NCBI GenBank assembly: GCA_951406725.2
Contig: OX597828.1
Span: forward strand, 45,260,001-45,324,000
Reading direction: 5' to 3'
Length of the DNA stretch: 64,000 nucleotides
Origin: Octopus vulgaris
Taxonomy: Eukaryota
Position numbers and translations under genes: made by a program. Every line of letters begins with the position of its first letter. Position 1 is the stretch's first letter. This document shows, piece by piece, positions 12,232 to 25,570 of the stretch. The notes under the pieces are model-generated. The model was not told the origin of the DNA. It ran no database searches and saw only the letters and a program-made list of their open reading frames with translations.

Positions 12232-12640
12232 TGCTTGAGAGAGCAGGGCATGCCATCAAAGTGACACAGGGGTAAAATATACGAAGCCCAGTATACCCAT
12301 CATGACTACCCATCTGATAAGGGTACACCAGGCACATGCATCACAACATATGCATATGTGCACGACATGGTGATCTCATGTCAAGATAAACAGCACATGA
12401 CCTTGCAGGTGGGGCCCAGTTAGAATTTTCTTCAGGTCGAGTAACCCATCCCACTCGAAAGGTCCCTGAATAAGGGTTGTTTAAGGATGTTGAAAGAAAC
12501 ACCCATGTTTCCAGAGGTGAATTATTCAAACACTAAAGAATCCCTCTCAACGCAGGGCTATGATGCTCCCCCCACAACCTCTGCTCATGGTCAGAGATGC
12601 ACATATTGTCAGCCACTAAGGGACATGCTGAATAGCCATG
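12232..12640. mobile_element. Unclassified interspersed repeat (family D) adjoining (ATT)n
   Basis: Begins tgagagagcagggcatgccat after (att)n; the same start occurs as a stub at 11475-11500 within (att)n. Confidence 0.5.
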
Positions 12641-12750
12641 TATATATATATATATATATACATATATAATTTTACATTTATACATATATATATATAATTT
12701 TATATATATATATAAAATTATATATATATATAAAACGTGTTTTATATATA

Positions 12751-12803
<53 letters not shown>

Positions 12804-12804
12804 T

Positions 12805-13043
12805 ATATGTTAATGTTTATGGCGCGGTTACTGATGAGAATTTCACCTAACATATTATTTGCTAAATAAGTTCAAAACTTAGGTATAACCGTAAAAAAAT
12901 AACAAGGTGAAAGTTTTTATTTTTCATTCCCTTTGGAAGTTGCTCTTAAATGTGGTTTTGGTCATTTTGACTGCTTCTTCTAGTATGTAAAATTACCTGT
13001 TAAAGGTAGATTCTCTTGTGTTTAAATGTACAATATTTTATAC
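12805..13043 (+). mobile_element. PLE-LTR-like fragment in (TA)n with decayed hammerhead (12824-12892)
   Basis: Stem I gcggtta/taaccgt, CTGATGA 12831-12837, stem II gaattt/aagttc, AAAAC instead of GAAAC, GTA 12883-12885. 12895-13043 matches the reverse complement of 59450-59600. Confidence 0.7.
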
Positions 13044-13118
13044 ATATATATATATGTATAAATATATGTATATATATCTATATATGTATGTATGTATATA
13101 TATGTATATACATACATA

Positions 13119-13153
<35 letters not shown>

Positions 13154-13155
<2 letters not shown>

Positions 13156-13524
13156 GTAAAGTATACTAGCCATCTCAATATGGCTAACCACTAAGGGTGG
13201 GTGTTACTGTAGCTTTTAGCCCCAGGAGATCATCGTCTCCAGCTGGCTTTAGGCACACTTTCTGTGCCCTTATGATATTTGCAAAGGGAGGTCATCCCTC
13301 TCTCGTAAACCTAAGTGATACGCATGGACTGCAGTTTTGAGGTATGCAGTCCATGCGTATCACTTAGGTTTACGAGAGAGGGATGACCTCCCTTTGCAAA
13401 TATCATAAGGGCACAGAAAGTGTGCCTAAAGCCAGCTGGAGACGATGATCTCCTGGGACTAAAACCTACAGTAACACCCACCGTTAGTGGTTAGCCATAT
13501 TGAGATGGCTAGTATACTTTACGT
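13154..13524. repeat. Near-perfect palindrome, 180-bp arms, 11-bp spacer, within (TA)n
   Basis: 13154-13333 is the reverse complement of 13345-13524 with about three differences; spacer gttttgaggta. Confidence 0.95.
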
Positions 13525-14205
13525 TGTCGAGTGCGGTTACTGTTTACATCTCATTCAGAGATTTATTATTGCTATATATATATATGTGTGTGTGTATAGA
13601 ATAAAATGGGGAATGGGATTGAACTTATAACTCTACTGTTCACTGTTGAATTTGATTGCTTAACATAGGTGACAGCCTTCTGGGAATTTATTTCATTGAA
13701 AACAAATTCTTCTTTCATTTGATGCTAAATCTAGCCTACCACTCCGCACACACATTCACATACATACCTACACTCACACATATACAGATGCCTGCATGTA
13801 TGTACATGCATAGACATACATATGCAAAGAGATATACATATTCACACATACATACGCATACAGAGAAGTACATGTGTACCCATACATACACATATATAGA
13901 TACATACATATAAGTGCATGCATACACATACACATACATATACATATAGATATATATTCCTATTATACACACAGGTATACACATATTTGCACATACATAC
14001 AGGATGCAGACAAGTACACACAGACAGAGACACACATACGCATACACACACACGTAAAACACATTACCTCCTTATCTCCATCCTTTGTATGTATATATGT
14101 GTGTGTGTGTATATATATACACATACATAGATATGTGTATATATGTATGTGTGTATGTGTGTGTATATATACACATACATAGATATGTGTATATATGTAT
14201 GTGTG

Positions 14206-14258
<53 letters not shown>

Positions 14259-14313
14259 ATATATATACACACAGATAGATATGTGTATATATATATTTGT
14301 GTATGTATATATA

Positions 14314-14362
<49 letters not shown>

Positions 14363-15024
14363 ATATATATACACACAGATAGATATGTGTATATATGTAT
14401 ATATATATATGTATGCACACACAGAGGTACACACCTATGCTCACATACATATGTATACATTTACACAAAAGCCCAAGGACACAAATACACACATACATAC
14501 ACAAATACAAACAATGGCACACATATAACTATAAAAGTCTATACTCTCTTGATTTCATACACACACACACACAGATACACACACACACACAGATACACAC
14601 GGACAAACAGACGGACAGGCTGACAGACAGACAGGTAGTAATTCAAAAAGAAAGAACGATCTAATTATTTAATTTCTCTAAAAGCTTTCCTGTCTGTTGA
14701 TAGCTGGGTATCAATAGCGAGTAATATGATTGGATAATTGTTACATCATCACAAAAACACACACACACACACACACATACACACACATATGTGAACAAGC
14801 ATGTACACACTAGCACATACACAAATACACACATATACACACACACATGTGCGAGTATGTATTGTGTGTTATATATGGATACTTGTTTACACCGAACGTC
14901 ATATATGAAGGCAAACATACATCGCTCTCTTCTGCTCATGATATATTTAAATATGTGTATATGAGTATACAAGTCTTTGAGTGTCTATGTGTGTGTACAC
15001 GTATGCTTGAACATGTGTGTAGGA

Positions 15025-15057
<33 letters not shown>

Positions 15058-15068
15058 TTATATATATA

Positions 15069-15260
<192 letters not shown>

Positions 15261-15278
15261 TATTTATGTATAGATATT

Positions 15279-15370
<92 letters not shown>

Positions 15371-15374
15371 TATT

Positions 15375-15410
<36 letters not shown>

Positions 15411-15557
15411 AAATATTATTAGAGACAAAACCACTATTTTGCAAAACAAACAAGGAAAGACTTAATCAATACATAAAATTTTAATAAATAGTCAAAAAAC
15501 CGCCACTACAATCGTTTCTTGTATATATATAGAATATTTATGTATATATATATATAT

Positions 15558-15720
15558 AGGGAGAGTTTATGCAAAAAACAAAAGACGAAGACAGGTGGTG
15601 TACAAAACAAACAGATGTATTAGTATAACGCTCAGGAAGAAAAAGTCTTTTACGTTTCGAGCCTACACTCTTCTACAGAAAGGGACACAGAAAAAACAAG
15701 GAGAGAAACAAGGAGAGAAA
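15558..15720 (-). mobile_element. PLE-LTR-like fragment with variant minimal hammerhead motif
   Basis: Minus strand 15678-15651 reads CTGTAGA-agagtgtaggctc-GAAACGTA; flanked by (TA)n; related to 7004 and 42971. Confidence 0.65.
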
Positions 15721-15746
15721 ATATATACATACATATATATAAATAT

Positions 15747-15915
15747 AGGTGCAGGAGTGGCTGTGTGGTAAGTAGCTTGCTTAGCAGCCACATGGTTTTG
15801 GGTTAAGTCCCACTGTGTGGCACCTTGGGCAAGTGTCTTCTACTATAGCCTCAGGTTGAATATAAGCATGTGAGTGGATTTGGTAGACGGAAACTGAAAG
15901 AAGCCCATCGTATAT
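15747..15915 (+). mobile_element. SINE family A, 5' half
   Basis: aggtgcaggagtggctgtgtggtaagtagc...actgaaagaagcccatcg(ta)n. Confidence 0.85.
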
Positions 15916-16108
15916 ATTTATATATATAAATGTATATGTGTGAATCTGAGAGGGAGACATCTAGAATAAAATCATAATTAACTGACCCTTCAGTATTTTC
16001 CTTTTAACCAAAACCAGGATCTTTACAGCACCCCTTCATGTGAGTGTGTGTGTGTGTAAATATATGTGCGTATATATATGTATATATATGATATATATAT
16101 ATATATAT

Positions 16109-16177
<69 letters not shown>

Positions 16178-16180
<3 letters not shown>

Positions 16181-16380
16181 CCTGCTGTGCTTGAGGAGAC
16201 CTATTGAGTCAAGTACATCAATATCAAAATAAATATCAAATGGAAATTGTAGTTGTGATACCTGTGCCGGTGGCACGTAAAAAGCAGCCCTCTGGCTCCC
16301 GGATCCTGGCCAAACTGTCCAACCCATGCTAGCATGGAAAATGGATGTTAAACGACGATGATGATGATGATGATGATGAT
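16178..16380 (+). mobile_element. Family B copy, internally deleted, (GAT)n tail
   Basis: tgccggtggcacgtaaaaagca...gtccaacccatgctagcatggaaaatggatgttaaacgacgatgat. Confidence 0.75.
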
Positions 16381-16587
16381 TAATATATTTATATATTTAT
16401 AGGGGCAACTTAAAATTTGTAGCAGTTGATGATCTGGCACCTTCTTCTTTCCAGATGAAATTAAAAGAGCATGAACTTGAAATCGGCCTGCTACCAGACT
16501 TCTTTTTACTAAGCTCACTGATGCCACTTAGTGGAGCCACAACTTCTGGGTAATTAACACTGCAGTTGTTGGTACATATACATACAT

Positions 16588-16833
<246 letters not shown>

Positions 16834-16872
16834 GATATATATACATATATATACACATATATATATACATAT

Positions 16873-17040
16873 ATACGACGGGCTTCTTTCAGTTTCTGTC
16901 TACCAAATCCTCTCACAAGGCTTTGGTCGGCCTGAAGCTGTAGTAGAAGACACTTTCCCAAGGTGCCATGCAGTAGGACTGAACCCGGAACCATGTGGTT
17001 GGTAAGCAAGCTACTTACCACACAGCCACTCCTGCGCCTA
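16873..17040 (-). mobile_element. SINE family A, 5' half, adjoining ~230-bp (TA)n
   Basis: cgacgggcttctttcagttt...cacacagccactcctgcgccta. Confidence 0.85.
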
Positions 17041-17772
17041 TGTTTATAATTATACATTAACACATTCATATTATATACACACATGTAGACATAAATGCAT
17101 ATACACAGAGAGAGGTGGAAAGGGAGAAAATGGGGAGAGAGCAAAAGAAAGAAAGAGAAAGGGAGAGAAAGAAATATACACAAAAACTGTACATATATAG
17201 ACATATACTGTGCATATACAAAAACCTGCATAGAGACATACATGCAAGTATGTATATATGCATATGTATACACTTATTTATGCTCATGAACATATACAGA
17301 TTAACTCTCACAAAAAACCAAAAACAAGCACCGATGGAAACAAAGTTGGTATAAAAATACAACAAATGAAAGAAGAGAATTCGTCGTTGCAAAAACAAAA
17401 AATAGATACCACCAAGTATTTAAAAACCTGCTGCACACACATTGTGCACTGAACAGAAAAGCTACTGTGCATCTAGAGATTGAATTGTGCTGTTTAAAAT
17501 AAATTTAATCTGCAGCTATTCCACAAAATTTCCGTCGATGCTTTTAGATGTCAGAAGACTTCTGGAATATCTTTTCTGAATTTCTTTACAATTTTACAAA
17601 GACTGATTGCAAATCAGTTAATACCAGAATATAAAAATACAATTCCATTTAAAGAATCTTGGTAGATAATTATGTTCATGTGCAATTGCAGAGTGTTGTA
17701 TTGTTATTGTTTTGTCTTTCAATGCAAGCCAGAATGTCAGTCATACAATTGCTATCAAAAATTTGTTATTAT

Positions 17773-17774
<2 letters not shown>

Positions 17775-17848
<74 letters not shown>

Positions 17849-17859
17849 CATTATTATCG

Positions 17860-17929
<70 letters not shown>

Positions 17930-17958
17930 CATTATTATTATTATTATCATTATTATCG

Positions 17959-18040
<82 letters not shown>

Positions 18041-18042
18041 CG

Positions 18043-18082
<40 letters not shown>

Positions 18083-18093
18083 CATTATTATTA

Positions 18094-18131
<38 letters not shown>

Positions 18132-18243
18132 ATAATTATTATTATTATTATTATTAATATAATTATTATTATTATTATTATTATTATTAATATAATTATT
18201 ATTATTATTATTATTATTATTAATATAATTATTATTATTATTA
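17775..18243. repeat. Long compound (AAT)/(ATT)/(ATC) microsatellite
   Basis: Direct inspection; source of the poly-I/Y/H ORFs. Confidence 0.95.
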
Positions 18244-18626
18244 TGGAATATGGAATTAACCAGGAAAGATTGTCATGAAAACTAAAGAAATATGGTATCA
18301 TCAATGTCGGAATGAAATGCTTCCATGCGTTTTAGCTTTTCTTCCTTCAAAGTTGAATTCCTGTCGAGCTCAATTGTATCTTATCAATCCTCCCACCTAC
18401 AGGATGAAAGATGAAGTACCTCCAAGTGCAGGACTTTATTTCATCGAGTGTACACCCCCAGCCCCCGCTGCACACATGCACGCACACACACTCTACTCCT
18501 CATTTCATTTGGCCACCTTGTGCTTATGTTACAACCATTATTGGGAATGGTAAATTGGCATTGAAGCTTTTCTCCATTCTGTCTCTTTGCATGTAGAGCT
18601 CAATGTCTGCCAAGTTCAACTTTGGG

Positions 18627-18697
<71 letters not shown>

Positions 18698-18700
<3 letters not shown>

Positions 18701-18800
18701 GTTTGACTTTTTCTTTATGTCTGTACAAGTTGGCTCCAAGTCTCACCCAGAGACCTCAAGAGACAACAGGTTGGAAGTTCACGTTGTTGTTATGCCTAGT
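18698..18800 (-). mobile_element. Possible R4/Dong-like LINE extreme 3' end with (TAA)n tail
   Basis: Minus strand ggtctctgggtgagacttggagcc...aaagtcaaaca(taa)n; no protein motif seen, so the assignment is tentative. Confidence 0.3.
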
Positions 18801-18871
18801 GTGCCATATATTTGGGGGGTTTTTTTGGTGTTGTACTAGTGAATGTCTAATACATAAGTTTTTAAAAAAAA

Positions 18872-18910
<39 letters not shown>

Positions 18911-19088
18911 CATCATTATTATTATTTTTGGTGGTGGGGATAAGCCGATAAAATAAAGTACTAGTCAAGTACAGAGGTTGATGTAATTGAAAATTCCTTC
19001 TCTCCCACTCTTTCTAAAATTGCTGGCCTTGTACCAAAATTTGAAGCAATTATTATCCTTTATTATTGTTGTTGTTGTTGTTGTTGTG

Positions 19089-19126
<38 letters not shown>

Positions 19127-19619
19127 CATTATCACCATTTGTGGAAACACTACCCCACTCACCTGGTGGTTGTCTGCAAGGATATGTCACGCTTCCATGC
19201 AGGAAACTACCATGGTCTGTATTTTTGTCAATATACATGTGTGTGTGTATGTGTCTATGCATGTATGTGTGTGCGTGTGCATATACACACATGTATATAT
19301 AATATATATATACATACACATACATATATACAAGTATATATATACACACGCACACACACATATATATATCTACATACACACATGCATTATATATATATGG
19401 ATATATGTACACATAGATATACATCTATATATATTTGATTAATGAGAGAGATGGAAGATGGAAAATACGAGGAAGTTTATTGATCACTACAATTGTTTCG
19501 ACCCATCTAGCATCGATTTCTTATGGGTGGGATGCTGAACACACTCACACACACGCATACACATATATACATACATACATACATACATACATACATGCAT
19601 ATATAGATGCACACACACA

Positions 19620-19664
<45 letters not shown>

Positions 19665-20345
19665 GCACACACATGCGATGAAATAACTTCCATTGTGAAT
19701 GTCCTTTTCTTACATTCATCTCACATTTCCACATTTTTTTGTGGCAAAGAACAAAATAGAATAAAAAGATCGTAATTTTGATTTGATAGATACACTGTTT
19801 AAACCTTTCACAAATATTCTCACATTATCTCAAGGTAAAAACTTTGTAATAAACTTACTTCAATAGAAAACAACTAAGCAAAGGTGGTAGAGTGCAAAGG
19901 AGAGAGAGTGAGTGAGCGAGAGAGAGAGAGAGACTGTATTGTAAGGAAAGAAAATGAATGTGATAGAGTGTGAAGGAGGGAAATACAAAAAGTAGAATTA
20001 TGAAATGATAAGGTAAGAATTATGAACAAAGTTGCTGAAAGAGAACGAGAGAAATGAAAACCTAAGGGAATAAAGTGTTGAAAAACGAAAATCAAACATC
20101 ATTTTATAATCTAAAAATAAAGCAAATTTGGTTTAGACAAAGAACAATCTCAGGCTTCCATTATTCAAAATAGAATGGTTGATATGTTTGTCTATGATTA
20201 CATAAAACTTTTAAGCAGTTATGATGTGATATGTACATATATTTACAGTGTAAAATATTTTGAAAATATTCTCAAAAATGTCTCAAAGAAAAATTTTGTA
20301 ATCACTTATTTTTAATGAAAACAATTAAATACAGCAATATGGAGT

Positions 20346-20390
<45 letters not shown>

Positions 20391-20693
20391 TAGGGAAGGA
20401 GAGAGAAAAGAAGAAAGCGAAAGAGAAAGAGAAAGAGAAGTATGTCTCACTAAATAAAAATTACATTTGAAGTTTATCACAGTGAATGAATTTATTTAAT
20501 GAATGAAATTTATGCATGAATCTCCAATAATAAAAGAAGTTTGAAAACCTTATTTTGATAAAAAGGTATTGAAATTGAAATTTATATGCATATCCTTGAT
20601 ATTGTAGACTTTAATCATTTCTTTCTTTTAATTAAAGCTACATAATTCCAACTAATTAATATGCAACATGTTTTATTATAGTATAGAATATTA

Positions 20694-20760
<67 letters not shown>

Positions 20761-20805
20761 CATCATCATTACAGTGCCATAGTTATCACGTGAAATTGGT
20801 TGAAC

Positions 20806-20917
20806 GATATTTCGGCATCTAGCATGCCCTCCACAGGTTAAAAAATTACACGTCAGTCTACTTCATTTTTTGTTAAGATTATATAGGACTGGAAGGCACG
20901 CTAGATGCTGAAACATC
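20806..20917. repeat. 28-bp inverted repeat made of degenerate hammerhead-like halves
   Basis: gatatttcggcatctagcatgccctcca / tggaaggcacgctagatgctgaaacatc; each reads ggca-N7-tgc(c/t)-GAAA outward. Confidence 0.6.
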
Positions 20918-21105
20918 ACTTGACAACAGATGTTGGTGTGTTTACATCCCTGTAACTTTAGTGGGTTGGCAAAGGAGACCGATAGAATAAATACTAGGCT
21001 TACAAAGAACAAGTCCTGGGGTCGATTTGCTCAACTAAAGGCGGTGCTCCAGCATGGCCGCAGTCAAATGACTTGAAACAAGTAGAAGAGTAAAAAAGTA
21101 AAGAG
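20912..21105 (+). mobile_element. SINE family A, 3' half
   Basis: aacatcacttgacaacagatg...ggcggtgctccagcatggccgcagtcaaatgac. Confidence 0.85.
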
Positions 21106-21607
21106 ATGAACAACAATTATAATTTGCTCTGAAGTGTATTTGCATTAAGGAAATTAAGGTAACCCAACAACAAAATATACCAAAAAATATTTAAAAATTA
21201 CACATAAAGGGGAAGTGAGGTGGGGGGGGGGGGGGCTCTTGCTCAATAGAAAAGGTGCTAATAAATTACAATAAGCATTGGTCAAGAAAACTACAATATC
21301 AACCTATTGATTGATACCCCACACCCACACTATAATTTCCTTGTAACAATCAGTATTGTTGTTGCTGTTGTTACTGTTGTTGGCATTCCCTTCCTCCTCC
21401 TCCTCCTCCTCGTCTTTCCTCCTCTGTATGTAAACAATAGATCATGTGTTGTGGATATACTTAGCTTAGCAACTCAGTGGAAACATCTTGGACTTCACCT
21501 TTAATACCTCAGGTGTGACAGAACTAAATACATAAACAACTGTCAAACCAGTCTACTTTCCTTTTCACCCGTTTTACGTTAGTCCACCTAAGCATTAGAC
21601 AAAACTC

Positions 21608-22470
21608 TTGTTCCCTTTTGTTCACATTCTTTACATGCATGTCCCTTGTTCACTTTCTTTAAACCCTTGTTCACTTTCATTTCCTTTGTTCACCTTCACT
21701 AAATTTGTTCACTTGTTTAATTCCATTATATCTGTAACCTTGTTCACTTCCATTTCATCTATCCAGTGTTCACTTTCAATACATTATTCTCTTGTTCACC
21801 TTATTCACATCTGTTCCTTTGTTTACCTTCACTAAATCTGTTTGCTTGTTTAATTCCATTATATCTGTAACCTTGTTCACTTCCATTTCATCTATCCAGT
21901 GTTCACTTTCAATACATTATTCTCTTGTTCACCTTATTTACATCTGCTCCTTTGTTTACCTTCACTAAATCTGTTTGCTTGTTTAATTCTACTATATCTG
22001 TAACCTTGTTCACATCCATTTCATCAATTCAGTGTTCACCTTCAATACATTATTCTCTTGTTCACCTTATTCACATCTGTTCCTTTGTTTACCTTCACTA
22101 AATTTGTTCGCTTGTTTAATTCCATTATATCTGTAACCTTGTTCACTTCCATTTCATCTATTCAGTGCTCACCTTCAATACCTCATTCTCTTGTTCACCT
22201 TATTTAAGTCTGTTCCTTTGTTCACCTTCACTAAATTTGTTCGCTTGTTTAATTCTATTATATCTGTAACCTTGTTCACTTTCATTTCATCTATTCAGTG
22301 TTCACCTTCAATACATCATTCTCTTGTTCACCTTATCCACATCTGTTCCTTTGTTTACCTTCACCAAATCTGTTCCCTTGTTAATCTTCACTACATCTGG
22401 TGCACTGTTCACTTTTATATTTAGTTCATTGTTTATCTTCATTTCATCTGTTAACTTCTTTTCTGTTTCC
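21608..22470. repeat. Minisatellite, 133-bp unit x ~5.5, built of five ~26-27-bp subunits
   Basis: ttcac(t/c)aaat recurs at 21695, 21828, 21961, 22094, 22227 and 22360 (period 133); subunits share a tgtt(c/t)a core. Confidence 0.92.
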
Positions 22471-22589
22471 CTTTTTACAGATCTGTCCTATTGTTTACCT
22501 TCATTAGATTGTTCCATCATTCATTTTCTTTACGCCTGTTTCTAAGTAAGATGATAATTCCTCAGTCTATCAAACATTAACCCATTAAC

Positions 22590-22918
22590 CCTTTAGTCGA
22601 GCAAATCAATCCCAGGACTTATTCTTTGTAAACTAGTACTTATTCTATCAGTCTCTTTTGCTAGACTGCGAAGTTATGGGGACACCAGCATTGGTTGTCA
22701 GGTGATGGTGGGGGAACAAACAGACACAAAAACACACACAAACACATACATATATATATATGACGGGCTTCTTTCAGTTTCCAACTACCAAATCCACGCA
22801 CAAGGCTTTGGTTGGCCTGAGACTATGGTAGAAGACACTTGCCCAAGGTGCGACACAGTGGGACTGAACCCAGAACTATGTGGTTGGTAAGCAAGCTACT
22901 TACCACACAGCCACTCCT
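22590..22918 (-). mobile_element. SINE family A, lacking the extreme tail
   Basis: ctttagtcgagcaaatc...acttaccacacagccactcct. Confidence 0.88.
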
Positions 22919-23534
22919 AAAAAAAATTATTTAAAATTATATCGTATTCTACATTTTATTTGTAACGTTCTGAGTTCAAATTCCACTGAGGTCGACTTTG
23001 CCTTTCATCCTTTCAGAGTTGATAAAATAAGTACCAGTTTTATACTGGGGTCGATCTAATCGACTGACCTCCTCCTCCAAAATTTCAGGCCTTGTGCCTA
23101 GAGTAAAACAAAAAAGAAAACATGCTGGGGAGATATGAGGGGTTATTTAATTGTAATTTCTAGCAGGTCTAATGACCACATGGTGGATCCATCATTGGAT
23201 CATGTTTCAAATATATTTCTGGCTTTTAACAAACAATACAGTGTCACAGCTGAGATTTGAACCGACCCTCTTCTATGGATCTGGCACTCAAAATTTCTCT
23301 CTGAGTTACATAGGTAAACAGGAAGACAGGAAAGATAGAAAAAACACTAATTATTTCTTCTGTAATTATTGTTTAGCCACGTTGTAATTAAAACAACAAT
23401 GCATAGTGCATTTAACGAGGGAAGAAGAGAGAGAAGGAAAGACACAAGGTGGAAGTTGAGAGCGAAAAATAGGAAGTGTGAAGACAAAATAATACCAGGT
23501 GTTAGAGAGGGGGGGTGGAATTCCTTTGGGTGTT

Positions 23535-24382
23535 AGTGGTGTTGGTGTTGGTAATGGCAGTAGTAGTGGTGATGGTGGTAGTGGTGGTGATGGTACGGGG
23601 GTTATGGTGGTAGTGGTGGTGATGGTAGGGGTGATGGTGGTAGCAGAAGTGGTGGTGATGGTGGTAGTGGTGGTGATAGTAGGGGTGATAGGGGTGATGG
23701 TGGTGGTAGTGGTGGTGATGGCAGAAGTGGTGGTGATGGTGGTAGTTGTGGTGATGGTAGGGGTGATGGTGGTGGCAGTAGTGGTGGTGATGGTGGTAGT
23801 TGTGGTGATGATGGTGGTAGTGGTGGTAATGGTAGGGGGTGATGGTGGTGGCAGAAGTGGTGGTGATGGTGGTAGTGGTGGTGATAGTAGGGGTGATGGT
23901 GGTGGTAGTGGTGGTGGTGGCAGAAGTGGTGGTGATGGTGTGTAGTGGTGGTGATGGTAGGGGTGATGGTGATGGCAGTAGTGATGGTGATGGTGGTAGT
24001 TGTGGTGATGATGGTGGTAGTGGTGGTGCTGGCGTTGTTGTTGTTGTTGTTGGTGATGGTGGGGGGTGAAGGGAGAGGTAGTGGTGAAGATAGCATTTAT
24101 GGTGTTGGTGTTAGTGTTGTTGTTATTGTTGTTGTTATGGTTGTTGTTGTTGTTGTTGTTGGTGTAGGTGGTGGCGGTGGTGGTGGTAGCAGCAGTAGAG
24201 TTGGTGGTCATGGCTGGGTGGGAGTGTTGTTATTGCTAGCATTGTTGGTTTCAGTGATGTTATTCTTGCATTTGCTGTTAGTGTTGTTGATGTTGCTGTG
24301 GTTGGTGGTGATGATGGTTGTAATGCCTTTGTTGATGGTAGTGGTGGTGATGATGGTGTTGTTGCTGTTGTTGCTGTTGTTG

Positions 24383-24414
<32 letters not shown>

Positions 24415-24660
24415 GGTGATGGTGGAGGTGATTGCAGTGGTAGTGGTGATGATGTTGGCGTGAAGGTGGTGGTGGTGGTGGTTGCCACTCATGGTAGTGG
24501 CGGTGACGGTGGTGGCTTCACAGTCTTTTTATTATGTCTGTGATGATCTTGTTACTCTTGTTGTTGTTGTTGTTGTTACTGCTGTTGGGGGAGGGGGTAG
24601 AGTTGTTATTGCTATTGTTATTGTTGATGTTGTAGCTGTTGTTGTTGCTGCTGTAGGTGG
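23535..24660. repeat. Degenerate (GGT)/(GAT)/(GTT) trinucleotide array with higher-order units
   Basis: Recurrent gcagaagtggtggtgatggtggtagt and gtaggggtgat blocks. Confidence 0.9.
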
Positions 24661-24951
24661 TATGTTTAATACAGTGATTGTTTTTTTTTCCGGACTATGT
24701 GTTTCTATGTCAGTCAGTACATTATGTTAAAAACAAGTTGGCAGTGATCATAATTGGTTAATCTGGGAGACTATTTAATGGAAACTCTTTACAGACTTTA
24801 CAATATAATACAAACACACATACCCACTGACAAGCACACACATAAACTGGTGAGGATATATACACATATACATACCTGTATAAATAATTATATATATATA
24901 TATATATGCATATAATAAATATATATATATACACATACATATATATATAGA

Positions 24952-25020
<69 letters not shown>

Positions 25021-25196
25021 GGAGATGTACTTGATAGCAGTGAACAGGTCGCGGTCTTATAGCGACGAAAATATTTTGACAAATTAAACTTAAATGTTGA
25101 AATGAATAGAATGGCTTTTGTGTGTTTCTTAAATGGCTTACAAACACCTTCCACACTGCAATTGTATATATATATATCTATCTATATATACATATA

Positions 25197-25250
<54 letters not shown>

Positions 25251-25337
25251 AAATAAATAAATAAATATATATATACACACACACACACATATGTATATAT
25301 ACACACATATATATCTTTATATATGCATATATATCTA

Positions 25338-25409
<72 letters not shown>

Positions 25410-25456
25410 TTTATTTCTCTCTTCCTGTTCCTCTCTGAAAATGTGTGTATAATATA

Positions 25457-25570
25457 ATCTATATATATAAAGGTGAGAATGTGTGAGTCTGTAAGTGCAC
25501 ATCATTAAAACTCGAGCACTACCCAACTGATTTCATTTAAATTTTACACTGGCATTACTTAGGGTCCATT
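25457..25570 (+). mobile_element. Possible Helitron-type 5' end fragment
   Basis: a|tctatatatataaa start followed by gtgtgagtctgt and aactgatttcatttaaatttt; no 3' CTAG hairpin seen. Confidence 0.35.

Noticed and set aside
12431-12470. ttcagg...actcGAAAggtc-cctgaa as a hammerhead
   Set aside because: Hairpin present but no CUGANGA box.
13400-13490. Twister ribozyme inside the palindrome
   Set aside because: Could not find the closing P1 or the pseudoknot pairings.
21608-22470. CRISPR-like array
   Set aside because: Whole units repeat with no unique spacers, there are no cas genes, and the context is eukaryotic.
25035-25078. gtcgc/gcgac-GAAA in a TA-embedded fragment as a hammerhead
   Set aside because: The upstream core is too degenerate (gtgaacag) and there is no stem I.
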